From the NCBI GenBank assembly GCA_002269645.1, contig NIVC01001879.1:117564-181563 (forward strand): a stretch of 64,000 nt of DNA. Reading direction: 5' to 3'. This document shows, piece by piece, positions 52,901-64,000 of this stretch. Under the pieces are notes generated by a model, which saw only the letters and a program-made list of their open reading frames with translations, was not told the DNA's origin and searched no databases. Source of the DNA: Macrostomum lignano (lineage: Eukaryota). Made by a program: the position numbers and the translations under genes. The first letter of the stretch is position 1. Each line of letters opens with the position of its first letter.

Positions 52901-55900
52901 TCAAACCTGACACTAAACTCAATCAAATCTGACACTATACTCAATCAAACCTGACACTAAACTCAATCAAACCTGACACTAAACTCAATCAAATCTGACA
53001 CTAAACTCAATCAAACCTGACACTAAATTCAATCCGATTTGACACTAAACTCAATAAAAAATCTGACACTAAACTAAATCCGATTTGACACTAAACTCAA
53101 TCAAACCTAACACTAAACTCAATCAAATCTGACACTAAACTCAATCAAATCTGACACTAAACTCAATCAAACCTGACACTAAACTGAATCAACTCCTACA
53201 CTAAACTCAATCAAACCTGACACTAAACTCAATCAAACCTGACACTAAACTCAATCAAACCTGACACTAAACTCAATCAAATCTGACACTAAACTCAATC
53301 AAATTTGACACTAAACTGAATCAACTCCGACACTAAACTCAATCAAACCTGACACTAAACTCAATCAAACCTGACACTAAACTCAATCAAACCTGACACT
53401 AAACTCAATCAAATCTGACACTAAACTAAATCAAACCTGACACTAAACTAAATCAAATCTGACACTAAACTCAATCCGATCTGACACTAAACTCAATCAA
53501 ACCTGACACTAAATTCAATCCGATTTGACACTAAACTCAATAAAAAGTCTGACACTAAACTAAATCCGATTTGACACTAAACTCAATCAAACCTGACACT
53601 AAACTCAACCAAACCTGACACTAAATTCAATCCGATTTGACACTAAACTCAAAAAAAATCTGACACTAAACTAAATCCGATTTGATACTAAACTCAATAA
53701 AACCTGACACTAAACTCAATCAAACCTAACACTAAACTCAATCAAATCTGACACTAAACTCAATCAAACCTGACACTAAACTCAATCAAACCTGACACTA
53801 AACTCAATCAAACCTGACACTAAACTCAATCAAACCTGACACTAAACTCAATCAAATCTGACACTATACTCAATCAAACCTGACACTAAACTCAATCAAA
53901 CCTGACACTAAACTCAATCAAATCTGACACTAAACTCAATCAAACCTGACACTAAATTCAATCCGATTTGACACTAAACTCAATAAAAAATCTGACACTA
54001 ATCTAAATCCGATTTGACACTAAACTCAATCAAACCTAACACTAAACTCAATAAAATCTGACACTAAACTCAATCAAATCTGACACTAAACTCAATCAAA
54101 CCTGACACTAAACTGAATCAACTCCGACACTAAACTCAATCAAACCTGACACTAAACTCAATCAAACCTGACACTAAACTCAATCAAACCTGACACTAAA
54201 CTCAATCAAACCTGACACTAAACTCAATCAAACCTGACACTACACTTAATCAAACCTGACACTAAACTCAATCAAATCTGACACTAAACTCAATCAAATT
54301 TGACACTTAACTGAATCAAATCTGACACTAAACTCAATCAAACCTGACACTAAACTCAATCAAACCTGACACTAAACTCAATCAAATCTGACACTAAACT
54401 CAATCAAATCTGACACCAAGCTCAATCAAATCTGACACTAAACTCAATCAAACCTGACACTAAACTAAATCAAACCTGACACTAAAAAAAAAAAAATCTG
54501 ACACTAAACTAAATCAAATCTGACACTAAACTCAATCCGATCTGACACTAAACTCAATCAAACCTGACACTAAATTCAATCCGATTTGACACTAAACTCA
54601 ATAAAAAATCTGACACTAAATTCAATCCGATTTGACACTAAACTCAATAAAAAATCTGACACTAAACTAAATCCGATTTGACACTAAACTCAATCAAACC
54701 TGACACTAAACTCAATCAAACCTGACACTAAACTCAATCAAATCTGACACTAAACTCAATCAAATCTGACACCAAGCTCAATCAAATCTGACACTAAACT
54801 CAATCAAACCTGACACTAAACTAAATCAAACCTGACACTAAAATAAATCAAATCTGACACTAAACTAAATCAAATCTGACACTAAACTCAATCCGATCTG
54901 ACACTAAACTCAATCAAACCTGACACTAAATTCAATCCGATTTGACACTAAACTCAATCAAACCTGACACTAAATTCAATCCGATTTGACACTAAACTCA
55001 ATAAAAAATCTGACACTAAACTAAATCCGATTTGACACTAAACTCAATCAAACCTAACACTAAACTCAATCAAATCTGACACTAAACTCAATCAAATCTG
55101 ACACTAAACTCAATCATACCTGACACTAAACTTAATCAAACCTGACACTAAACTCAATCAAACCTGACACTAAACTCAATCAAACCTGACACTAAATTCA
55201 ATCAAACCTGACACTAAACTCAATCAAATCTGACACTATACTCAATCAAACCTGACACTAAACTCAATCAAACCTGACACTAAACTCAATCAAATCTGAC
55301 ACTAAACTCAATCAAACCTGACACTAAATTCAATCCGATTTGACACTAAACTCAATAAAAAATCTGACACTAAACTAAATCCGATTTGACACTAAACTCA
55401 ATCGAACCTAACACTAAACTCAATCAAATCTGACACTAAACTCAATCAAATCTGACACTAAACTCAATCAAACCTGACACTAAACTTAATCAAACCTGAC
55501 ACTAAACTCAATCAAACCTGACACTAAACTCAATCAAATCTGACACTATACTCAATCAAACCTGACACTAAACTCAATCAAACCTGACACTAAAGTCAAT
55601 CAAACCTGACACTAAACTCAATCAAACCTGACACTAAACTCAATCAAACCTGACACTAAACTCAATCAAACCTGACACTAAACTCAATCAAACCTGACAC
55701 TAAACTCAATCAAACCTGACACTAAACTCAATCAAACCTGACACACACTTAATCAAACCTGACACTAAACTCAATCAAATCTGACACTAAACTCAATCAA
55801 ATTTGACACTTAACTGAATCAAATCTGACACTAAACTCAATCAAACCTGACACTAAACTCAATCAAACCTGACACTAAACTCAATCAAATCTGACACTAA

Positions 55901-58900
55901 ACTCAATCAAATCTGACACCAAGCTCAATCAAATCTGACACTAAACTCAATCAAACCTGACACTAAACTAAATCAAACCTGACACTAAAATAAATCAAAT
56001 CTGACACTAAACTAAATCAAATCTGACACTAAACTCAATCCGATCTGACACTAAACTCAATCAAACCTGACACTAAATTCAATCCGATTTGACACTAAAC
56101 TCAATAAAAAATCTGACACTAAACTAAATCCGATTTGACACTAAACTCAATCAAACCTGACACTAAATTCAATCCGATTTGACACTAAACTCAATAAAAA
56201 ATCTGACACTAAACTAAATCCGATTTGACACTAAACTCAATCAAACCTAACACTAAACTCAATCAAATCTGACACTAAACTCAATCAAATCTGACACTAA
56301 AGTCAATCAAACCTGACACTAAACTTAATCAAACCTGACACTAAACTCAATCAAACCTGACACTAAACTCAATCAAATCTGACACTATACTCAATCAAAC
56401 CTGACACTAAACTCAATCAAACCTGACACTAAACTCAATCAAACCTGACACTAAACTCAATCAAACCTGACACTAAACTCAATCAAATTTGACACTAAAC
56501 TCAATCAAATCTGACACTAAACTCAATCAAATTTGACACTAAACTAAATCAACTCCGACACTAAACTCAATCAAACCTGACACTAAACTCAATCAAACCT
56601 GACACTAAACTCAATCAAACCTGACACTAAACTCAATCAAACCTGACACTACACTTAATCAAACCTGACACTAAACTCAATCAAATCTGACACTAAACTC
56701 AATCAAATTTGACACTTAACTGAATCAAATCTGACACTAAACTCAATCAAACCTGCTACTAAACTCAATCAAACCTGACACTAAACTCAATCAAATCTGA
56801 CACTAAACTCAATCAAATCTGACACCAAGCTCAATCAAATCTGACACTAAACTCAATCAAACCTGACACTAAACTAAATCAAACCTGACACTAAAATAAA
56901 TCAAATCTGACACTAAACTAAATCAAATCTGACACTAAACTCAATCCGATCTGACACTAAACTCAATCAAACCTGACACTAAATTCAATCCGATTTGACA
57001 CTAAACTCAATAAAAAATCTGACACTAAACTAAATCCGATTTGACACTAAACTTAATCAAACCTGACACTAAACTCAATCAAACCTGACACTAAATTCAA
57101 TCCGATTTGACACTAAACTCAATAAAAAATCTGACACTAAACTAAATCCGATTTGACACTAAACTCAATCAAATCTGACACTAAACTCAATCAAACCTGA
57201 CACTAAACTTAATCAAACCTGACACTAAACTCAATCAAACCTGACACTAAACTCAATCAAATCTGACACTATACTCAATCAAACCTGACACTAAACTCAA
57301 TCAAACCTGACACTAAAGTCAATCAAACCTGACACTAAACTCAATCAAACCTGACACTAAACTCAATCAAACCTGACACTAAACTCAATCAAATCTGACA
57401 CTAAACTCAATCAAATTTGACACTAAACTCAATCAAACCTGACACTAAACTCAATCAAACCTGCTACTAAACTCAATCAAACCTGACACTAAACTTAATC
57501 AAACCTGACACTAAACTCAATCAAATTTGACACTAAACTGAATCAACTCCGACACTAAACTCAATTAAACCTGACACGAAACTCAATCAAATCTGACACT
57601 AAACTCAATCAAACCTGACAACTGCTTTGTCAAATTTAATTATCTATCTTACAAGACAAAAAATATCATTAAACTTGCCATAGCGAAGAACAGAGCCCAG
57701 ATCAGTCCTTCACCAGTTTCAACCAGTTCCCTAGGAAACAGTGACACGTAGTCAACACCGCAGATGCCGCCGTCGATCAGGGCGACACCGCGAGCATCTC
57801 GACGCTGCAGCCACCAGTCCAGATGGCGATGTAATCGATCATAGATCAGCGGTGCCATGCTTTCCTGCTCGTCTGGGTTGCACTTACTGATGAAAAGTTG
57901 TTTTTTAATGCTAAGATTATGACTGTTTTACATGCACCAGATCAGGGGGAGTTGTGGCAGGAATGGCCACTTATTCGAGAGGGGGGCTCTGGGCACTGCT
58001 GCAATTCAAAGCGGCAGTACGTACCAGCGAACCAGGCTCGATTCCAAGTGCAGCCACATTAATTCAGGGCTGAATTGGAATCTCGGCTTGGCTCTGCTCG
58101 TGCAATTAACGGCCTTGAGGGCCAACCCCCCAAGGCGCAGTGAAGTGTACATGCCTAACGATAAATAAAGTTAGGGCCGCTGTACACTCCTGTGTGTGTG
58201 TGTGCCTGTGCGTATGACTGCTCAGGGGGAGTCGGCAGAATGGGCATCAGTAATAATGCCTCTCGCCGGTTGTGACAATGTCACTTAAAGTGCGCCAGGG
58301 TGCACACAGCCGCCTTTGCCTAGTTAAAAGATGGTTACTAGGGATAATAATAATAATTTATTACACCTGCCTTAATAACCAGATGTGCAACCGACAGCTC
58401 AGCCGCAGCTATTGCGCGGCGCATCTGAAGGCTGCGTACGGCTGTTCAGTCCAAGGACTGGGGGGGGGGGGGGTCGCCACACACACCCTCAATTACCCAC
58501 AGCTAATGCTGGCACCCATTTTACAGCTGGGTGAACTTAAGCAATGCAGAGTTGAGTGTCTTGCTTAAGGACAAGATTTTTTTCCGAGTGAGTCGAGAAT
58601 CGAACTTCCGACCTTTAAGTCGTGAGTCCGACGCACTAGCCACAAGGCTACAACCCCTAAGAGCATTACTAGGGATGCTAGATGGAGAACTTCGAGATGC
58701 TGGAATAGGTATTAAGCATGCTATTAAAATCTCTCACCTGTACAAATCCACAGCGGCCAGTACAGACAGGGGAGGTGTCACACCCTCCGGTCGGTACTCG
58801 TCAGCGTACATGGATCCGTCCTCCCTAATCAATGCCATGAGCAGCATCATCTCATCAATTGCCTGCCTACGATCGAAACAGCTCAAACAGAGGCAATGCA

Positions 58901-60694
58901 CAGCCGTGTCCCACGCAGCTAAGTACGGCTGCTCCCATTTGTCGGGCACAGTCACTAAGCGATTTGGTAGGGTTCCAGCCCCAGAGGAGAGCACTCTCCA
59001 CAGGTGAGGCATCTGGTCCAGGGGATAGTACTGCCGATTCCACAGCAGATTAGTGTAGGCCGCATTAAGAATATCCTGCTCAGCCGGGACTAGGGAACCT
59101 GGCAGCGACTGATAGGTGTCGACATTGTTCTGCAGTCGAACCATTTCCATGCTACTTGTCAGGCCTTTCCAGTTCAGCATCGCCGACTCTCCAGATCGCT
59201 GGGACATTAGAAAGCATCGCAGCTTGATTTGTTGCTTCGGCGCCAGATTTAACCGATAACAAATGCCTGCCTTGCTGGCTGGCAGACTGCCAAGATTGGC
59301 TATCAACCCGCTACTGTCGCCTCGAGTAATGTAACGATGAAACGCGTCCTTCGACGGAGAATGCGCCGATGCGTCTTTGGAGGCCGAGGAATTGACATTG
59401 TCAGTCAGGAGAATTTCTGGCACGCCAGCTTCCGAATCGAAATAGTAGCCCAAGTGGAACTCTTTGTTGTCTGCGTTTTAAACAGGATTAACCAGGTGCA
59501 TAAGCGAAAATTCAAAGGGAAAAGTTCCCTCTGAGCACATACAACCGCGCTGGTACGTCCCGTACGCAGGCACGCACTTATATACACGCTAACACAGGGT
59601 CTACAGTGGCCCCCCATACTTTCTAATCGTCGGGTTTGTGTACGCTCTCTCTGCCTTGGAGGCTGGCCCTTATGGGTGTGAAGCGCACCAAAACCCCCAA
59701 GCCAATTTTCGTGTACACAAGCCCCAAACTAATGTAGTCACGCGCGCGAAATCGAATCAAGGATCGCGGCGTTAGAGTCAGAAGCTTTTACCGCTGAGCT
59801 GCTCTGGTAGACACTGAGACACGCTAAGACAAACGTCAAGAGACTAGGCGGCAGTTTTAACTAAGTTCTTGTGCTAAGAAACGACAAAAAGCACTCGTAG
59901 CTACATGTTAACTCACAACGATCCTTGAAGCAGACAATCAAACAGTTGTCTTTCGCTTGAATGACCTTCTCAACGTTAAAGTCGTCTCCGGTTTGGCCAG
60001 GCGACCAAGTGTTTCTGAGAAACAGCATCGGCATAGCAACCAGCCTGGCAGGCAGCGCTGAGCAGTTAGTGATGCTTAGCTGCAGGTAGAGCCGTTCAGG
60101 CGTCAGTTTGCACATTTCGAATTCCATTTCAAAGTAGCGCTGCTCCGAATACCAGTTGTTGAAGTCAGTCAGAGAGACAGCGGCACTGCGAACCGAGTTC
60201 ATTGCGGACACATCGGCTGCACCTTCCAGCCTCTCCATCTGATGCAAGTGCCTGTAGGGATACTCAGTCTGAGGATAAAGGAAATCGGCTCCGATGTACT
60301 TGTACTGCGGATCGGCCGCCTTGTACGAGTAAACCTCCTTGACGTCCTCTCCGTGAGCACCCTGCGAGTTAGTCAGCCCGTAGAATCGCTCCTTAAGATG
60401 ATCGTCCCTGTAGTTCCAGAAGGCGTAGGAGTGGCAGACTCGGCAGTCGCGATCGCACACGCCGAAAATGCCGTCCTCGCAGTAGCGGTACGGCACGCTG
60501 GCGGCTTGTTCGTAGGGAAACTCGGCCCAGTTCGAGCCGTCAAGACCGCCAGTCTCGCGTACCGTGCCCCACTCGCGCTGGCTCATGTAGGGTCCCCAGA
60601 GCTGCCAGCGCGGATCCGTGCTTGGGGGCAGCTCGGCAGAATCGAACTCGTTGCCCTCCAGTTTGTTGCTAGGAGATTTTTTATTATTAATCAT
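49950..60694 (-). CDS. GH63/MGH1-like glycoside hydrolase (bacterial/fungal glucosidase type), about 999 aa, 6 exons
   Basis: Exons 59917-60694, 58738-59470, 57679-57886, 51312-51962, 50701-51118 and 49950-50161. Motifs WGPYMSQREWGTVRE, KERFYGLTNSQGAHGEDVKE, FLRNTWS, PDKWEQPYLAAWD, GGICGVD, FLSQYGIRTMS, FYETFDGDTGRGHGAAHKGGW. Intron 3 needs a GC donor. Confidence 0.88.
50210..50650. repeat. 27-bp G/C-skewed minisatellite (CCCCACTCCCCGTCTGTCCCTCCCTTA), GH63 intron 5
   Basis: About 16 near-perfect units. Confidence 0.96.
52020..57620. repeat. 22-bp satellite (TGACACTAAACTCAATCAAACC), about 5.6 kb, filling GH63 intron 3
   Basis: Direct tandem units with recurring variant blocks. Confidence 0.98.
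58340..58657 (-). mobile_element. tRNA-derived CORE-SINE-like element in GH63 intron 2
   Basis: Minus strand shows an A-box-like TAGCCTTGTGGCTAG and a B-box GTTCGATTC. Plus strand shows CORE-like CCCATTTTACAG...GAGTGTCTTGCTTAAGGAC and a (TAA)n tail. Confidence 0.6.
59745..59807 (-). mobile_element. tRNA-like SINE head remnant in GH63 intron 1
   Basis: Minus strand AGCTCAGCGGTAAAAGC (A-box-like) ... GATTCGATTTC (degenerate B-box). Confidence 0.4.
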
Positions 60695-61377
60695 CTTGCT
60701 AGCTACGTTAATATAAGACCAATTCCAAACGTTCTTTAAATTGTTTTTTCCCTCTCATCAATTTTTGCCTAAAAAACGGGTTTGTCCACAGACAATAAAC
60801 GCAATCGAAACTAGTATACTTTGTAGAAGCCGAGGTTTAGCTCAATTTGAAATTTACAAGCAAGTTTTTCAGTCAAAGCATGTTGACGTTCAATAAGAAA
60901 GTTCTCTATAACATCAACAATATGCCAGAATCATCCTATCAACAACGTCGGTCAAAGATGATCTTGTCATTAATTTTCCGACCATCAACTACACTCAGCT
61001 TTCTGTGCGGCCAGAGCTAGTGTGCTGGACAGCATTGGCAAAGCTGTCAAATACTGTTTCTCCGTGTTTCTTCCGACGTCTCGATTGAACACCCTCGTCC
61101 CCTTTGATTCATAGTCACATAGACAATTGACTTGATCTATGGATCCAGTTCGTCAATGGCACCATCAGCCAATGAAATAGCACGTAGTGTGCGGACAAGC
61201 CATCAACGTTGTAACAATGTACGCATTAGTTTGAGGAATTCCAAGTAGGAAAAACACGAGCCAATGAAATTTATCCAATCAGACCAGCTAGTTTTAGTAG
61301 TATGCAGACAATACACAATCATAAAGATAAGCTACGTCGCTAAATAGTCCATTGATTCTATCCTCTAAATCACGAAC

Positions 61378-63153
61378 ATGTCAGACAAGAAACCAACCGC
61401 AGTCCACAAGGCAGCAATTCTGCTACCTGTTCAAGCTTGGCTGTCGAGCACATCTGCTCACGGATTGAGCCGACTCTCTGGTCAGCGACCAATCTACATC
61501 AAACTAATTTGGCTGCTGGCTTTCACCTCATTCATGACGATCTTTGTCATCCAGGTGCAAGTCTTTGTGAAAAAGTACCATGAAAAGCCGCAGACGACTA
61601 CCCTACAGGAGGACTCGGTGGAGTTCGAGTTCCCGGACCTGGTCATCTGCAGCACGAACATTGTGTCGGGAAGTTATCCCTACCTGCTGGACTCACAACA
61701 AGTGTTAGAAATCAACAGCTATGTGAATAAAACCAAGGAGATGCTCGGTGAACCTCATCGTGAAGACATGGCCCGCAGTTTTGCCCAATCCCTGACGGCG
61801 ACTCTGCCTTATCGATTGCTGAGTGACAGCTTCGGTCACAAAGCCGACCAGATGGTTATAATAAACTCAATCAACGGATTTGGCGGAGAAAGGGTTCACT
61901 TCAGCACCTTCCACAGCCCGTCAGAGCTTAACTGTGTCCGCTTCGAGCCCACAGATGAGCAGAGAGAAGCTCTGAGCATTGAGAACAACTTCTTGCACAT
62001 AATCTTATTTCTCGATGCCACATTTTACAAGTTTCCAAAGACCTCAAAAATCTCCCCGGTGCCTATGAAAGATCAACCTGGTTACGATTTTCTTTCCTGG
62101 GATCTTGATGGAGGTTTGAATTTTCAGGATTCGAATGCTATAAATTTGTACTTCGCTAAACGAGGTCACTACCCGAGTCCTGACTCTGTTCTGCAGCTGA
62201 GCTCTGGAAAAGTGTACACAATTAACCTGGAGATGGAGAAGCTGACACTGTCCAAGGGGATGCAGTGCCTCCCTGATCCTGAGCCCATGAGGATTGTAAG
62301 TCCGTACAACGGGTCCGAGACGGCTTACCAGTACAGCCAGTACCTTTGCCGCTCTGAGAGAATAAACGAGTTGTTGATGGAGCAAAGCGGCTGCGTGAAC
62401 CACCTGCTGCCGAGAAGCAAAAGATTCGAAAGCGCCCTCGGATGCATGAACGCTAGCTGGGTTCATGAAAGAAACTTGACGTTGGCCAAATATATTGCGC
62501 TTTTAAAGATCTTCGAATCCATCGATCAAAAGGATATCCAACAGTACTGCAATGAGCGACGCCCCTGCAAAACTTCGAGCTACACTTATGCATATTCTTT
62601 CGGTGCCTGGCCTAGAATTTATTCGACTAATCAAGCCTCAATACTGAATAAAATCTTAGAACTGGTTAATAAATCCAATAAAAAGCATCCCGGATACGTT
62701 GACTTGGCGTCTATCCTTATGGAGATGCTAGACAACATGACCACGGAACGCAGTCTGATCGCGAGCAACTATATGCAGGACCAGCTGATGCGAATCAAAG
62801 TCAAAGCCGGAAAATCCTTCGGGCCGACAGTCACAATCGAGCGCAGCTACGAGTTGGCTAACCTCGTGTCGGACACTGGTGGCATTCTGGGCCTCTACAT
62901 GGGCTGCTCTCTGCTGACTGTGCTGGAGGTGCTCGAGCTGCTGCACGACTGCCTGCTCGGCTGCTGTTCCGTCGGGACCGGAGCCGTGGCGCTCGGACAG
63001 GCGACGACGAAGAGGACAAGAACGATCCGGCCGGAAGGGGGACGCGCGTCAATGCGGATGCCAGCGGCAACACTGGATGCCTTAATACTACTTTGGTCGA
63101 GCCTTTCGGTTAGGACGCGTATCATAAAAGTTGTTGACCTACTTGGAACTTGA
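61378..63153 (+). CDS. Intronless DEG/ENaC channel subunit copy 3 (591 aa; 1-bp deletion after TM2 alters the C-tail)
   Basis: Same motifs as copy 2. GCGCTCGG here versus GCGCCTCGG in copies 1 and 2 at about 62992 shifts the frame. The ancestral frame would stop at 63111-63113. Confidence 0.9.
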   Translation: MSDKKPTAVHKAAILLPVQAWLSSTSAHGLSRLSGQRPIYIKLIWLLAFTSFMTIFVIQVQVFVKKYHEKPQTTTLQEDSVEFEFPDLVICSTNIVSGSYPYLLDSQQVLEINSYVNKTKEMLGEPHREDMARSFAQSLTATLPYRLLSDSFGHKADQMVIINSINGFGGERVHFSTFHSPSELNCVRFEPTDEQREALSIENNFLHIILFLDATFYKFPKTSKISPVPMKDQPGYDFLSWDLDGGLNFQDSNAINLYFAKRGHYPSPDSVLQLSSGKVYTINLEMEKLTLSKGMQCLPDPEPMRIVSPYNGSETAYQYSQYLCRSERINELLMEQSGCVNHLLPRSKRFESALGCMNASWVHERNLTLAKYIALLKIFESIDQKDIQQYCNERRPCKTSSYTYAYSFGAWPRIYSTNQASILNKILELVNKSNKKHPGYVDLASILMEMLDNMTTERSLIASNYMQDQLMRIKVKAGKSFGPTVTIERSYELANLVSDTGGILGLYMGCSLLTVLEVLELLHDCLLGCCSVGTGAVALGQATTKRTRTIRPEGGRASMRMPAATLDALILLWSSLSVRTRIIKVVDLLGT

Positions 63154-64000
63154 ATATAAACGATAAATACTGACTCTTTACTTAATATAAGCTGTTAGCT
63201 ACTGAACTAAAAAGGAGTCCCGTGGGTGTTTTGGGCCTGTTGAAGATTAAAGCGACAATCGCACGATGATGACCTTTGACAAGAATGTGCGCACGAGCCT
63301 CAATACGAGCTATAGATACTAGTTGGATGCGTTACCGATGCTACACACCTTGTTATTCCTTTTATTCTATCTATTAGTAACGAAAAAATCTCAGTTTAAA
63401 ACTTTATAATCTGGCACATTTTACAGTTTTATTCTAAATCTTGCTGATATATTTCACTCGCTGTGTCGCGCACTCTTGAATACGCAGGTAAATTAACTCA
63501 CGGGGTATCATTAACAATCAATATTTTAGTTATGTACTCGTAGAAAAAGCAAAACTGTTTGTTTTAATGGCTAATCTAATTTTCAAATCCCAAGTCTTTT
63601 CAAGTCTGACTCAGGAAATTTCCTGTGCAGAAAACAAGAAGTCAAAAGGAAATCTCAAGGATCTTTTTTAGGACGCTGAAATGCGCAATTTTATCAGCTA
63701 TCAGCACTGGCAGCACGACTCCGAAAAATTTCAAAGATCAGACAGTCATTCGGTTGTTAGGCGAATTTCGCGAATTCAGCCTCAGATAAAACATGTTATA
63801 ATCTACTTGCAACTGCTAATTTTCCATTAGGAAAAATTTGCATAGGCCACAAGTATTTACTGATTCCAAATAATGGTTAAATGAACCGGCCAAGGTAGAT
63901 GGCTAAATGACGGATATAATTGATTCAAATTTTGCATCAATGCGTGTCAGTCACTTCAGCTGGGTGCTGCATCCAATGTTTGCATCAGACTGACCTGCTC

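Overview
Animal genomic DNA with GT-AG introns, polyQ tracts, TTAGGG repeats and many 20-27 bp minisatellites. The style suggests a flatworm such as Macrostomum, which is inference only. Host genes: the 5' three coding exons of ARPC2 (minus); a 7-exon ammonium transporter (minus) with two alternative, duplicated TM1-encoding first exons; a 6-exon GH63/MGH1-like glucosidase of the bacterial/fungal type (minus); a small spliced secreted-peptide precursor; and a Q-rich orphan ORF. A family of intronless DEG/ENaC channel genes is also present: two with open frames, one with a single nonsense codon, and one 5' fragment. The most striking signal is that these paralogues alternate between near-identical constant blocks and three sharply bounded variable blocks, which map to the finger, beta6-beta7 and thumb/knuckle regions and are shared unevenly between copies. 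Mobile DNA: a Merlin nested in a Merlin (both with 8-bp TSDs), a mariner derivative, a MITE with an empty site in the paralogous arm, two head-to-tail Helitron-like elements each carrying a different kb-scale satellite, a decayed Crypton recombinase and tRNA/CORE SINE remnants. Roughly a quarter of the window is minisatellite. All coordinates were read by hand; repeat boundaries are approximate.
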